The position numbers were made by a program, and so were the translations under genes. Below are positions 21,193-32,406 of a stretch of 64,000 nt of DNA, piece after piece (positions within the stretch are counted from its first letter, which is position 1; each line of letters begins with the position of its first letter). The notes beneath the pieces are model-generated. The model had not been told where the DNA came from and made no database searches. It worked only from the letters and a program-made list of their open reading frames with translations. This stretch comes from Ignisphaera sp. (lineage in GTDB: Archaea > Thermoproteota > Thermoprotei_A > Sulfolobales > Ignisphaeraceae): positions 279,764-343,763 of the forward strand of contig JAWAHS010000001.1 of NCBI GenBank assembly GCA_038889075.1, written 5' to 3'.

Positions 21193-22442
21193 TTGAGGAG
21201 AAGAAAGAGGTTGTTGTTATAGGTGCAGGTCCTGCTGGAATAGCAGCTGCTATTAGGGCAAGGCAGCTTGGTCTTGAAACGATTCTTATAGAAAGTAGGG
21301 ATGTTTTGGGTGGTATACCTCTTCAGTGCATACATCCAGGGTTTGGAATACATTACTTTGGAGAGGATTTAACGGGGGGTGAGTTCATCCAAAGGCTAAT
21401 CGATAAAATGCATGGAATTGGCGTTAACTATATTTTAAATGCATATGTTCATTCAATAGAGATAGATTCCTATATAGAGAAAATGGTTAACGTAGTAACA
21501 CCAAATGGGGTACACAAGATTTGTACAAAGACAATAATATATGCAGCTGGTGCTCGAGAGAGACATCTATTCGAACTCAATATATTTGGTGAGCGTCCAG
21601 ATGGTATCTACACAGCAGGTGAAGCGCAAACAATCATGGATCTCTATGGGGTATTGCCTGGAGAAAATATAGTTGTCATTGGCTCAGGTGACGTCGGTCT
21701 TATAATGGCAAGAAGATTTGCCTTAGAAGGCGCTAATGTTAGAGCTGTCATAGAGATCATGCCATACCCTGGAGGCCTTATGAGAAATATTGTACAGTGT
21801 TTAAGAGATTTCAACATTCCTCTATATCTAGGCCATGCAGTAACAGAGATTATTGGAGGTAGAAGGGTTGAAGCCGTAAGAGTGGCTAAGGTAGATGAAG
21901 ATATGAGACCCATCAAATCCACCGAGTTTGAAATACCGTGTGATACCATAGTAATAGCAGCTGGATTAACACCAAATATAGATCTCCTTGAAAAAATAGG
22001 TATCGCAATCGACTATAGGACAAAGGGTCCTATCGTAAATGAATTATTTGAAACAAGCATTCCAGGGCTATTCGTAGCTGGAAATGCTCTTGTTATAAAT
22101 GATCTTGTGGATTATGCTGCTGAACAGGGAGAGGTAGCTGCTGAGGGGGCTAAAATATTCGTTGAAAATGATGGTATTCCTACAAAGAGTTGGAAAAGGA
22201 TTGAACCTGGTAGAAATGTAAGATTTGCTATACCACATTATATCAGTGGAGAGAGAGATGTGATGTTATATGCAAGGGTTCAGAAACCTGAAAACGATGT
22301 ATACATATCTATTGCAAATCTTAAGATTAAAATGCATAATGTGAGACCAGCAGAAATGATTAGGGTGAAAATCTCTACGAAAATCATTGCAGAGAGCCGC
22401 AACACTGTAATACCAGTTGAGGTTATACCACATGAATTCTGA
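21189..22442 (+). CDS. FAD/NAD(P) pyridine nucleotide-disulfide oxidoreductase (G3PDH-associated)
   Basis: GAGPAG, QCIHPGFG, GSGDVGLIMARR motifs; overlaps the upstream gene. Confidence 0.9.
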   Translation: MIEEKKEVVVIGAGPAGIAAAIRARQLGLETILIESRDVLGGIPLQCIHPGFGIHYFGEDLTGGEFIQRLIDKMHGIGVNYILNAYVHSIEIDSYIEKMVNVVTPNGVHKICTKTIIYAAGARERHLFELNIFGERPDGIYTAGEAQTIMDLYGVLPGENIVVIGSGDVGLIMARRFALEGANVRAVIEIMPYPGGLMRNIVQCLRDFNIPLYLGHAVTEIIGGRRVEAVRVAKVDEDMRPIKSTEFEIPCDTIVIAAGLTPNIDLLEKIGIAIDYRTKGPIVNELFETSIPGLFVAGNALVINDLVDYAAEQGEVAAEGAKIFVENDGIPTKSWKRIEPGRNVRFAIPHYISGERDVMLYARVQKPENDVYISIANLKIKMHNVRPAEMIRVKISTKIIAESRNTVIPVEVIPHEF

Positions 22443-22806
22443 AGAAAAAGAATTGATTTGCATTATCTGTCCAGTAGGATGCTCCATAAAAGTAAATAAA
22501 ACTATGGATAATATTAGCGTCAAAGGAGCTTTGTGCAATAGAGGTATTGAGTACGCAAGACAGGAAATACTAGACCCTAGAAGAATTGTCATGACGGTTA
22601 TAAGAGTTAAAAATGGTAACTTACCAGTGGTCTCTGTAAAGACAAGTATCCCTATACCAAAGAAATGCATTGATAAGGTATTGAAACTAACAGCCTTAAT
22701 CGAGGTTGAGGCACCTATAGAAATCGGACAAGCTATTGCTAAAGATATATGTGGAGCAGATCTGATTGCTACCAGGAGAATCGAAGTAAAAATTTCCAAA
22801 CTATAG
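22432..22806 (+). CDS. DUF1667 family small Cys-rich protein
   Basis: CIICPVGC...CNRG.EYA..E..DPRR...VSVKT..PIPK; standard third gene of this G3PDH cluster. Confidence 0.88.
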   Translation: MNSEEKELICIICPVGCSIKVNKTMDNISVKGALCNRGIEYARQEILDPRRIVMTVIRVKNGNLPVVSVKTSIPIPKKCIDKVLKLTALIEVEAPIEIGQAIAKDICGADLIATRRIEVKISKL

Positions 22807-22940
22807 ATATACCATATAGTGTTCACATATATGGAAAACAGCACAATATACTTTAAAATTTTTAGAAAACAATTCTATGTAAAGTTGAGGTTCTGTGCTA
22901 CAAGGATAGATAAGATTTAAATATCCGATGCGTATGAGAA

Positions 22941-24002
22941 ATGCTGGTATTAGCAGGGGGAATACAAATGAGTAGAGGTATCAGGTTTTCCCCAATCGTT
23001 GTAGATGGTCTAGATACTGTTTTCTATTGCTGGTGTAGAATAAAGAGTTCAATGGTAGATTTTGAAGAGAGTTTTCGCGTCTGCAAGCCCCAAGACTTTT
23101 GGCTGTTTACTAATGAGGAGAAGAGGTATACGGAATTTGTATCTAGATACGTTAAGCCTGCTAAATATATTACTGTGTCTTTGAGGTCTAGGGAGTTATT
23201 TAGATGGGGTGTTTTTGAAGTTAGAGCTAAGCTTCCGAGGGTTTCAGGTGGACCTATGTTTTGGTTCGGCTTTGAACTTGATGATCTTTTTGGAGGTGGT
23301 GTAATTCATTTTATGTGGCATTGTGATAGAGGTGTTTTGAAAGCTTTTGCCGGTAATTTTATTTCGAGAGTTGAAATGGATTTGACAAGATATCTACCTA
23401 ATGATATAAGCAGTAATTATCATTTCTATAAAATTGTGCATAGAGAGGGTTTGGCTCTATGGTATATAGATGAAAAACTTAGAGCCATGGCAATTTTAGG
23501 TACAGGAAGTACGAGAGAGTCAACAATACTATATAATGGAAATCCGTATACAATAGGATTCACAAAAGATGTTCCATCATCAATGTTACCAATTCTCCTA
23601 GATATAGATGGAGGTGACATAGAGAAGTCCTTTGAATGGCCAGACATACATCCATGGGATTTAAGGGTATCCGAAGGAAACCCGAGAACCACATTGTACT
23701 TGGATTTATTCGTAGATCACAGCGATACTACATTAAGAAACCATCATGTCGAGAAGGAAATAGTTTCAGCACCATTTCCTGGAACATTGGAGCAAAAAGA
23801 GATTCTATTTGCTGCAGAGGATGGGGGTCTCTTGATAATCGAGAATTTTGCTAATAATCAATGGTTTGAATACGAAACAGTTAGAATAGAAGGAAAGAAG
23901 CTGTACAGCATTCCTATAAGAGACAAAGGTATTATGAATAGAATAGTATTCAAATCAAGTGTTCCAACAAAAATTATAGAATCACAGGCAATATTACAGT
24001 AA
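22941..24002 (+). CDS. Hypothetical protein with GH16/ConA-like jelly-roll features
   Basis: FRWGVFEVRAKLP...FW...ELD and YHFYKI...LWYID resemble GH16 scaffolds. Confidence 0.6.
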   Translation: MLVLAGGIQMSRGIRFSPIVVDGLDTVFYCWCRIKSSMVDFEESFRVCKPQDFWLFTNEEKRYTEFVSRYVKPAKYITVSLRSRELFRWGVFEVRAKLPRVSGGPMFWFGFELDDLFGGGVIHFMWHCDRGVLKAFAGNFISRVEMDLTRYLPNDISSNYHFYKIVHREGLALWYIDEKLRAMAILGTGSTRESTILYNGNPYTIGFTKDVPSSMLPILLDIDGGDIEKSFEWPDIHPWDLRVSEGNPRTTLYLDLFVDHSDTTLRNHHVEKEIVSAPFPGTLEQKEILFAAEDGGLLIIENFANNQWFEYETVRIEGKKLYSIPIRDKGIMNRIVFKSSVPTKIIESQAILQ

Positions 24003-24151
24003 AAGAACTGCCTACTAAACTCGTAACAATTACATTGATCTTTAGAGATCAAAAGTATTTTATAAATGGATAGCGCTGTCTCTAAGACCGTTTAGGTTCT
24101 GATGCCTCCTCTACAATTCCTGCATTATGTTTTTAAAAAAATATTTATTCT

Positions 24152-25135
24152 CTACAAATTTTGGAGATCTACCCTTACGAATTCGTAGTGCGGTTCCAGC
24201 TGATACCAATAAGCAACACTACTATAGTCTGCTAAAACCTCATCCCATTCTCCATGGTGTATCCTTACAATAAGTTCCTTTTCAAATGGTATAGGATCTG
24301 GAATATGAAATCTATATGCAACTATTTTAAAATTCTCTGAATCCTTTATTAAGAGTCCGTGGAATGGTGCGTTGAACGTCCCCTTTATGAAATACCATCC
24401 ACTTAGAAAGTAATCCTCTGTACCTGTTGATCCATATGCTAGCTCTCCATCTGAAATTATTTCCATGTTACCTTCTAGAAAACCTAGACCTCCAAATACC
24501 TTATGTTTTTCATGTCCTTCCATAGCAAGTAGTGTGCCCACGTAGTGACCTCTGCCCCTTGCTATAAGTATTGTATATGGTTCACCTAGTTTTGTATACT
24601 TTTCTCTACGCCAAATAGCATGGAATCTTGCCATATTATCAGTATCTTCGGTAGTTGTATAGCCAATCATATAGTATAAGAGATCGATATCTATATCGCT
24701 CATATTAGCGAGTTTAATTAAGGCTCGATTGAATGGCATTGGAAAATAGGTATAATAGCCACCACTTGTAGAACCTATTGGAAGAGACCAGAAGTGTATG
24801 TATTTACCTAAACCTATGGGAATGTTTTGCCCAAGATGGGTATATTCCCCCATGTTGCCTGCCGAACCAAAGAAGTCCCCTACAGGTACTTCGACACTTG
24901 GACTGGTCTCGCCATCCCAGTAGATTCTAAGTATTGCTCTTCTCAGTATATTTTTATCACGTGAACCAATTGTCATCCATAGACTTACAATCATCCCTGG
25001 TCCTTCAATTTCAGCTATGGTATATTCGCTCTTTGCTGAAACTGTATAGAAATCCTGATGCTTTTCACCAACCTTATGTGTACTGGATACATATCTCATT
25101 CTAGTTTTTTTCAATCTGGGAAGCTCTAAGAGCAC
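24152..25135 (-). CDS. DUF2961 / GH172 family glycoside hydrolase
   Basis: RIYWDGE..PSVEVPVGDFF, YFPMPF, GHYVG, TGTEDYF, YRFHIPDPI and SSVAYWYQ motifs. Confidence 0.92.
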   Translation of the reverse strand: MLLELPRLKKTRMRYVSSTHKVGEKHQDFYTVSAKSEYTIAEIEGPGMIVSLWMTIGSRDKNILRRAILRIYWDGETSPSVEVPVGDFFGSAGNMGEYTHLGQNIPIGLGKYIHFWSLPIGSTSGGYYTYFPMPFNRALIKLANMSDIDIDLLYYMIGYTTTEDTDNMARFHAIWRREKYTKLGEPYTILIARGRGHYVGTLLAMEGHEKHKVFGGLGFLEGNMEIISDGELAYGSTGTEDYFLSGWYFIKGTFNAPFHGLLIKDSENFKIVAYRFHIPDPIPFEKELIVRIHHGEWDEVLADYSSVAYWYQLEPHYEFVRVDLQNL

Positions 25136-25205
25136 GATAGTTCAACCCAGAGCTTTTTTGTACAGAGAATAAATATAAGTATGGTCTCCTGTTGATAATA
25201 TGCAA

Positions 25206-26606
25206 CTAAGTGATGTAGATTGGATTGGTTAAGGCGAGTAGCTCTATGATAGTGTTAGGTTCTAGGGAATACGGATCTTTATAGCGTCCTACTTCCACCC
25301 TAATGAATTTGGTGCCGTCATCTACATTAATTGTATCTACGAATCTGGATAATTTACCCCTAATATTGTATACCTTAATAACCTCCCTAGACGTGATAAT
25401 CCTTAGAACAGCTTCATTTACGTACTTGTCTATAATATCTCTAGTCACCTCTACATCTATTGAAATCTTAAGCTGTTTTCTAGCATTTTCTATCCTATCT
25501 CCAATATAGTATCGTTTATCACCTTGGTATACACCCATATCCACCTTCGGCCCTTCAGGTCCTCTCGATATAAATGCCCTTCCCCTTCTGATGCCCTCGA
25601 GCATACTCTCCATCGTTAACTCATTAACATAGATCCATGTTGTAGGATTGGCGAGTTCCACATCGCTTCCGCCATGGTAATCGCTTCCTCCGATAATCGG
25701 TATAGTCATCCCTTTAGCAAGTAGGTTATGCCACCAATTAAGAGCGTAAGCATTCCAGGTCACTGGCGTTGGACCGTTCCATACTTCAATAGAATCAAAT
25801 CCTATCAACTCTTTATACTTAAAATCACATCCAATACAGTTAACATCAAAATTGAATGGGTGGTTTAGAGAGGCCAGTAAGCCCTCTCTATGTATCTCGT
25901 CAATGAGACTCTTAAAGTCACTAATATCCTTCCTTCTAAAATCAAACCACCTCCTGCCCCATGTATTTATATGTCCATAATATGTCGAGATTTCAATCCC
26001 TGGTATCACCAATATCTCTGGACACTTCGCTGTTTCTATTTCGGTTATTTGACTGATGGTATTATGGTCGGTTATAGCGATATAATCTAGACCTAGTTTT
26101 ATGGCCTTGAGAATTAAGCTACATACACCATCCTTACCATCGCTATGGATGGTGTGCACATGGAGATCCCCCTTAATCCATCTACCATTTGCAGTACGCC
26201 TCGCTTCCTCCCTGCATACACATGTTTCTCCACTTGAAGTTCTACTTCTATGCTTGGACATCCTAATAACAATTCTATATTTACATCCACAATCTGTAAT
26301 CTTAGCCAGACCTAGTACCACCGTCCAAGTGCCTGGATACATTTCCCCAGCTATGTAGCCCGGTGTAGCTGAAGTATCATCTATATGGATTTTTGTTTTA
26401 GATGATCCGCTCCAGCCCCTAAATAAATTTCTAGCATCGAAAATGCCTATATCTAGAATGCAGCCATCTTCCTTATTAAAGTTGTACTCGAGCTCTATAT
26501 TATTATAGCCTTCAGGTAGGTTGAAGTTTATATACGTATAGTCTGATTCTTCCTTATTGCTGGGATAGAGAATACCATTGAACTCTTTTATAGTGTATTC
26601 CTCCAA
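25206..26606 (-). CDS. CehA/McbA-type PHP-domain metallohydrolase
   Basis: GDLHVHTIHSDG, ITDHN, NHP and GGSDYH motifs. Confidence 0.88.
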   Translation of the reverse strand: MEEYTIKEFNGILYPSNKEESDYTYINFNLPEGYNNIELEYNFNKEDGCILDIGIFDARNLFRGWSGSSKTKIHIDDTSATPGYIAGEMYPGTWTVVLGLAKITDCGCKYRIVIRMSKHRSRTSSGETCVCREEARRTANGRWIKGDLHVHTIHSDGKDGVCSLILKAIKLGLDYIAITDHNTISQITEIETAKCPEILVIPGIEISTYYGHINTWGRRWFDFRRKDISDFKSLIDEIHREGLLASLNHPFNFDVNCIGCDFKYKELIGFDSIEVWNGPTPVTWNAYALNWWHNLLAKGMTIPIIGGSDYHGGSDVELANPTTWIYVNELTMESMLEGIRRGRAFISRGPEGPKVDMGVYQGDKRYYIGDRIENARKQLKISIDVEVTRDIIDKYVNEAVLRIITSREVIKVYNIRGKLSRFVDTINVDDGTKFIRVEVGRYKDPYSLEPNTIIELLALTNPIYIT

Positions 26607-26767
26607 TTACCCCACCAAAGGCGCACAGATGTAATCTTTCAAAATTATGGCCGAAGTAAAAAACTTTCCACATTAATAACCGCTACAGTTGCAGGAAATT
26701 GTTTAAATTTCATCTAGCAACTAATAATTAAAAACTTAAATATCCTCCTCCAGCAAGCAATTTATTA

Positions 26768-27577
26768 ATGGGTGCTAAAATGCTACCTCGTATAGCACTA
26801 CAACTGTACTCCCTAAGATACGAACTCCAGGAAGATTTTGAAAATGTACTTGAAAAGATAGCGAGTATAGGATTTGAAGGTGTCGAATTTGCTGGTTTTT
26901 ATGGTAAAGAGCCTGATAAACTAAGAGAATTACTATATAGACTCGGTTTAGATGTAGCAGGTGCCCACATTCCTATCAACGCTTTTATTGAATCAGAGAT
27001 AGAGAAAACGATAACCTTTAATCAATCCCTTGGGAATAGATTTCTCATTATACCTGGTCTTCCTGAAGAACTAAGGAGAACAAAAGATGACTGGGTAAAA
27101 TTTTCAGAGACTCTGAATAGCATTTCTAAGAAGCTTGCATGCTATAAAATGAATGTAGGTTATCATAATCACAGGATAGAATTTACCGTAATTGAAGGTG
27201 AAAGACCGTGGGACATAGTATTTAGTAGAACATCCAAAGAGATTATCATGCAGCTTGACATAGGGCATGCCCTTGCTGCACAGCTTAGCGATGATGAGAT
27301 CATAGACCTTATTAAAAGGTACAGAGGAAGGGCTGTAACCGTTCATGCCAAGGAGTACTCAAAGAAAAAAGCAGAAATGTTTAAAGATATCCATAAGGGG
27401 TACGAAGTGGTTATCGGTGAAGGAGAAACTAAATGGATAGAAATACTAAAGGCTTTGAGAGACTATGGCAAAACCGAGTGGATTATAATTGAACAAGAAA
27501 CATATCCCTATAAACCACCTATAGAATCCGTAAAAAGATCATTTCAATTTCTAAGCGATATACTGACAACATTATAG
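26768..27577 (+). CDS. Sugar-phosphate isomerase/epimerase (xylose-isomerase-like TIM barrel)
   Basis: LQLYSLR, GVEFAG, YHNH..EF, QLDIGH, HAKE and IIEQE motifs. Confidence 0.9.
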   Translation: MGAKMLPRIALQLYSLRYELQEDFENVLEKIASIGFEGVEFAGFYGKEPDKLRELLYRLGLDVAGAHIPINAFIESEIEKTITFNQSLGNRFLIIPGLPEELRRTKDDWVKFSETLNSISKKLACYKMNVGYHNHRIEFTVIEGERPWDIVFSRTSKEIIMQLDIGHALAAQLSDDEIIDLIKRYRGRAVTVHAKEYSKKKAEMFKDIHKGYEVVIGEGETKWIEILKALRDYGKTEWIIIEQETYPYKPPIESVKRSFQFLSDILTTL

Positions 27578-27751
27578 AGTACTACTCTTTACAACACTAT
27601 CAAAAATTTTTATGGTTAATTAGACTGTTAATCAGAAAGTGGTACATTATTAATTCATCTAGGGCACCACAATTTGTTAGTATTAAACAATAGAGAGGAT
27701 ACGACACAATTATTAGGCTCGTAAAAGTTTTTAGTTTAACTCACTATAAAG

Positions 27752-28678
27752 TTGTTTGGCGGTATTTGCATGAGGTTCAAAGTTGAGGGTATATTAACAG
27801 CACTACTAACACCATTGACAAAAGATGGTGATCTATGTGTAAAGTGTATTGAGTCTATGATAGAGTTCCAAGTAAAAAATGGCGTTGCAGCTTTGTTTTT
27901 AACAGGTACATATGGAGAGGGCGTCATACTTTCTAATACTATTAGACAGAAGGTCTATAGATATGCTCTTGAATACTCACCTAGCAGTCTCTCCCTTCTT
28001 CCGCATGTTGGCGGAGCTGATCTAGAATCCGTGGCTTTCTTAGCTAAAAGTGTTAGGGATCTCGGCTATAAGGTTGTTAGCATTGTTGGTCCTATATATC
28101 ATAAACCTACCAAGAGGGGTTTAGTAGAATTTTTTAACTATGTAGCATCTAAAGCTGATGTTGATATAGTGATATACAATAATAAAGGTAGACAGGGCTA
28201 TAATATATCACCAGACGATTTTGAATACATAGCTAGAGAGGTACCCGCTGTTATAGGCGTAAAGGATACAAGCTATGATATTGAACAGATGATCGAGTAT
28301 GTTAAAAGATTTAAAACAAGCTATTTTATAGGAGGAGCTGGTGACAACCTCCTATATGTTACCTTTGCTATAGGTATGCATGCACATATATGTGGAATAT
28401 CAAACGCATTTCCAGAAATTGCCATAGAATTGTATAAAGCTATGAGAAACGGGGATCATACTAAGGCTCTGAATCTACAGTACAAGATTACCAGGATTAG
28501 AAAAATATTGACAAAATTCAATCTCGAGACTCAAGAATTGCTAAGAGAGATACTAAGGTTTAGGGGCTTGGATCCAGGATACCCCCCTATCCAAATGCGT
28601 GAAGGTCTAAGCAGTGAACAGATCACAGAGCTTAGAAAGTCCCTTGAACCAATTGCTGGAGAGTATTTTGTAGGGTGA
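27752..28678 (+). CDS. DapA/KDG-aldolase family lyase
   Basis: ALLTP, GTYGEG, IYN and GVKDT (Schiff-base Lys) motifs. Confidence 0.9.
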   Translation: MFGGICMRFKVEGILTALLTPLTKDGDLCVKCIESMIEFQVKNGVAALFLTGTYGEGVILSNTIRQKVYRYALEYSPSSLSLLPHVGGADLESVAFLAKSVRDLGYKVVSIVGPIYHKPTKRGLVEFFNYVASKADVDIVIYNNKGRQGYNISPDDFEYIAREVPAVIGVKDTSYDIEQMIEYVKRFKTSYFIGGAGDNLLYVTFAIGMHAHICGISNAFPEIAIELYKAMRNGDHTKALNLQYKITRIRKILTKFNLETQELLREILRFRGLDPGYPPIQMREGLSSEQITELRKSLEPIAGEYFVG

Positions 28679-28684
28679 TTTAAA

Positions 28685-29689
28685 ATGGGTATAAGAATAG
28701 GTATTGTAAATTCAAAGTCTTTTGGCGTATATACTAATGCCATAGATAGGCTGGCAAAGGTAGGTGAAGTTATAAAGATTGATGTTCCTAAGAATACGAG
28801 GGGTATAGAACTTGCTGAGAAACTAAGAGGCATACACTTCATTATAGCAAGTGTCACACCGCTATATGATAGAGAATTCTTTGAAAATAATGATGATGTT
28901 GTTATGATTGTAAGGCATGGTATAGGCTATGATAATATTGACGTCAAGGCCGCTGAAGAACACGGTGTTATAGTTGCTAGGGTGCCTGGATGGAGAGAAA
29001 GAGAAGCAGTAGCCGAACTCACCATAGCATTAATGCTGGCTGCTCTTAGAAAGGTTGTCGAGGCTTCTAATAGTGTAAAGAGTGGAAGATGGCATGAAAG
29101 AGCAAAGTATGTGGGTAGGGAGCTGCCGAGCCTAACTGTAGGTATTATAGGATTTGGCAATATTGGATCTAGAGTTGCTGGAATTCTTGTAAATGGCTTT
29201 AATGCAAAAGTTGTTGTGTACGATCCGTATGTTTCTAGAGCATATGTAGAGAGACTTGGATGCTTATATGTGGAAAAGCTTGATGATCTGCTAGGACAAA
29301 GTGATATAATAACCCTTCACACTATACTAACCGAGGAAACTAAGTACATGATTAATAGAGAAGCGTTTGAAAAGATGAAAGACGGTGTGATAATAGTTAA
29401 TACGGCTCGAGGAGAACTTATAGATACCTCAGCCCTTATTGAGTACATCGAAAAGGGAAAGGTAGCAGCTGCCGCACTTGATGTTGTCGAGGGCGAGCCT
29501 ATAGATGAAAAACATCAATTACTAAAATATTCGAACGTCATTATAACACCTCATATAGGGGCATACACATACGAATCCCTCATAGGAATGGATGAGGCCG
29601 TTGTTGAAGCCATTGAATGCTATATAAATAATAAACCTATTGATGGAATTGTCGTCATGCCTAGAAGAAGAAGAGTATTGAAAATATAA
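28685..29689 (+). CDS. D-2-hydroxyacid dehydrogenase
   Basis: RHGIGYDNID, GFGNIG, NTARG, LDV and TPHIG motifs. Confidence 0.93.
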   Translation: MGIRIGIVNSKSFGVYTNAIDRLAKVGEVIKIDVPKNTRGIELAEKLRGIHFIIASVTPLYDREFFENNDDVVMIVRHGIGYDNIDVKAAEEHGVIVARVPGWREREAVAELTIALMLAALRKVVEASNSVKSGRWHERAKYVGRELPSLTVGIIGFGNIGSRVAGILVNGFNAKVVVYDPYVSRAYVERLGCLYVEKLDDLLGQSDIITLHTILTEETKYMINREAFEKMKDGVIIVNTARGELIDTSALIEYIEKGKVAAAALDVVEGEPIDEKHQLLKYSNVIITPHIGAYTYESLIGMDEAVVEAIECYINNKPIDGIVVMPRRRRVLKI

Positions 29690-29864
29690 CACCAAAAGAA
29701 TGGTGATCATTAGGAATACTTTACGACACTTTTAATTCTATGTTCTCTATATAAGAATAGCCCCTGCTGGAGCCCCCAACTCTAATCCACATCGATATAG
29801 ACTACAGAATGCCAATAGATATCCATAATTAGAAATATTCTTTAGATGTGGTAGGCTTAGTAGT

Positions 29865-31091
29865 TTACGACTTTCTATTGCCAACTAACTCTTCTATAAA
29901 ACTCTTAAGCCTTTCAATACCCTCAATAATAGCATTTTCGCTTAGTGCAAAGCTTATTCTAATAAATTCTGCTCCAGCCTTTTCGGGAAATACCGAACCT
30001 GGTAGTACAACCACGTGTTTTTTCTCAATAAGTTTTTCTACAAACTGTTCTGAAGACATGTTTGCAGTTTTTAGCACACTGCCTATATATGGAAAGAGAT
30101 AGAATGCTCCTTTGCATGGCCACACCTCAATATCTTTGATCTCTCTCAATTTCTCTACTGCTATATTTCTCCGCCTCTCAAAAAGCTTTATCATATTCTC
30201 AACAGGATCCCATGATCCTTTTAAAGCTGCTACACCTGCCTTTTGTACAAAGGAGGTTGCACATGACCATATGTTTACTGCTAATCTGGTTATTTTGGAT
30301 GCTACCTCACCTCTAGTTACAAGATATCCAAGCCTCCATCCGGTCATTGAAAAGGTCTTTGAAAATCCATTTACATAAAGTATGTGGTCTCTCCAATCAG
30401 TGAAGCTTATGAACGACTTTAGCCTGTTCCCATCATAGAGAAAGTTATCATATATTTCATCAGCTAAAATTAGAAGACCGTGTTCTATAGCAATCCTATA
30501 TATTTCTTCAATCTGCTTCGAATCGAAAACCGCTCCTGTAGGGTTATGGGGATTGTTTATAACAATCATTTTCGTTTTAGATGTTATAGCATTTTCTATA
30601 GCATTAAGATCTATTTCGAATCCTCCATCCCCTCCAAGCCATTTCAACGGTACATACACAGGTTTTGCCCCAAGAAATCTGACTATCTCCGGATATGCTG
30701 GAAAGGATGGTTCGGGAATAATAACCTCGTCGCCAGGCTCTATATAAGATGCAATAGCTAGAAAGATGGCAGGCTTGGCACCCGGTGTAACTATAACTTC
30801 ATCAGCTCTAACATCAGCTCTATATTTGCTATTTAAATACTCCGCTATAGCTATCCTCAGCTCTGGTATTCCCGGGGTTTCTGTATAGCCTGTGAAACCA
30901 CTATCAAGAGCTTTTTTAGCTTCATTAACAATATGTTGAAATGTGGGGATATCTGGTTGTCCTACGCCAAAGTTTATTACCTTAAAACCGGCTCTAACCA
31001 TCTCCCTTGCCTTAGCTATATATCGAAACCCTGCTTCACCACGAAGTGAGGTAATGACATCTTTAAACATCTTTATTGTTGGCGGTATCAT
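29865..31091 (-). CDS. PLP-dependent class I aminotransferase (aspartate aminotransferase-like)
   Basis: GQPD, NNPHNPTG, DEIY and SKTFSMTGWRLG motifs. Confidence 0.93.
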   Translation of the reverse strand: MIPPTIKMFKDVITSLRGEAGFRYIAKAREMVRAGFKVINFGVGQPDIPTFQHIVNEAKKALDSGFTGYTETPGIPELRIAIAEYLNSKYRADVRADEVIVTPGAKPAIFLAIASYIEPGDEVIIPEPSFPAYPEIVRFLGAKPVYVPLKWLGGDGGFEIDLNAIENAITSKTKMIVINNPHNPTGAVFDSKQIEEIYRIAIEHGLLILADEIYDNFLYDGNRLKSFISFTDWRDHILYVNGFSKTFSMTGWRLGYLVTRGEVASKITRLAVNIWSCATSFVQKAGVAALKGSWDPVENMIKLFERRRNIAVEKLREIKDIEVWPCKGAFYLFPYIGSVLKTANMSSEQFVEKLIEKKHVVVLPGSVFPEKAGAEFIRISFALSENAIIEGIERLKSFIEELVGNRKS

Positions 31092-31181
31092 AAAGCCGTA
31101 CCTATTACATTAATGTCTATTAGATCAAGAATAAAAAGGTTTCTAGAGTATTAAGTATAAGTACAGCTAGGTGGGGAATAG

Positions 31182-31979
31182 ATGGTATGGAATATCGGAA
31201 TAGTGGGTTTTGGAAGGATGGGTAAAGCTATAGCCATGGGACTTATAAATAGCGGTATGAACCCTTCCACTATTGCTGTATATGATAAGGAGGCTAGCAC
31301 CCTCCAACACGCTAAAACACTAGGTCTAAAAATAACTTCGAGTAACACCGAGACTATTCTAAATAGCGATATAGTTATATTGGCTGTAAAGCCTAACGAT
31401 ATAATAAAGGTTGTCAATGAGGTTTCCTCTGTAGCAGAAAATAGAATTGTAGTCTCTATAGCAGCTCTAGTTCCCTACAAAACAATCAAAAGCTATTTAC
31501 CCAAATCATATGTATATAGAGCTATGCCAAATATTGCCGTAGAAGTTAATAGTGGTTTTATAGCACTAACCCCCCATGGCGAAAAAGATGCGGAGGTTGA
31601 ACGATTGTTTAGATTTTTAGGCGATGTCGTATGGGTTGATGAGGAGGTGCTAGACATACTTACACTCATATCTGCATCGACTCCAGCCCTACTAGCTGAA
31701 ATAGCCGATACATTTATATTGGCATCACTAAAATCAGGTGTACCCTATTCAATTGCTAAAAAGGTCGTCTCTTCACTATTCAAGGGCGTTGGTGAACTAC
31801 TTAATCACAAGCCCTTAAGCGATATAAGAGATAGTGTTATAACCCCTAGAGGAGTTACTATAAAACTAATAGAAAAATTCTATATCCATAATGCAAAATC
31901 AAAATTACTAGAGACATTATCGATTGCCATCGAAGAATATCTATCCATGCTAGATGAAGTTAGAGATAAATATAAATAG
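31182..31979 (+). CDS. proC: Pyrroline-5-carboxylate reductase
   Basis: GFGRMG, LAVKP, RAMPN and VITPRGVT motifs. Confidence 0.88.
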   Translation: MVWNIGIVGFGRMGKAIAMGLINSGMNPSTIAVYDKEASTLQHAKTLGLKITSSNTETILNSDIVILAVKPNDIIKVVNEVSSVAENRIVVSIAALVPYKTIKSYLPKSYVYRAMPNIAVEVNSGFIALTPHGEKDAEVERLFRFLGDVVWVDEEVLDILTLISASTPALLAEIADTFILASLKSGVPYSIAKKVVSSLFKGVGELLNHKPLSDIRDSVITPRGVTIKLIEKFYIHNAKSKLLETLSIAIEEYLSMLDEVRDKYK

Positions 31980-32025
31980 CTCTCATTGCTATAACAGTAT
32001 TGCCCCCTGGTTATAGAGTTGCGGT

Positions 32026-32265
32026 GTGAAAATGCCTGTCATGTATAGATGTTCAAATTGTGGAAAACTACTTTACTACTATATAACAGGTCTTAATGAT
32101 GATTCAACGGGAATGAGATCTGTTAATGATATTGTCAACCTTTATATAGGCATGTGCCCCCACTGTGGGAAACCTCTATTAAAGGATAAACTCTACATCA
32201 ATAGCATTGATATAAAGGCCGTTGAGCAAATCGTAGAAAAAAGAAAAAACGTAAAAAAGATATAA
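32026..32265 (+). CDS. Small zinc-ribbon protein
   Basis: YRCSNCGKLLY...CPHCGKPL. Confidence 0.75.
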   Translation: MKMPVMYRCSNCGKLLYYYITGLNDDSTGMRSVNDIVNLYIGMCPHCGKPLLKDKLYINSIDIKAVEQIVEKRKNVKKI

Positions 32266-32406
32266 AGTAGGAAGCTATATAATGAGCTCCTCTTATAAAG
32301 CTTAACTATCCAACATGCTACAGAGTACATTGTTATTTATTATTATAGAATACATATTCGTAAAGCAACCAAAACTATTAACTGGATTTTTAATGCTAAA
32401 CCTACT

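Noticed and set aside
18089-22806. Glycerol kinase/G3PDH cluster as a novel system
   Set aside because: The same gene set is already known from Thermococcales and anaerobic bacteria.
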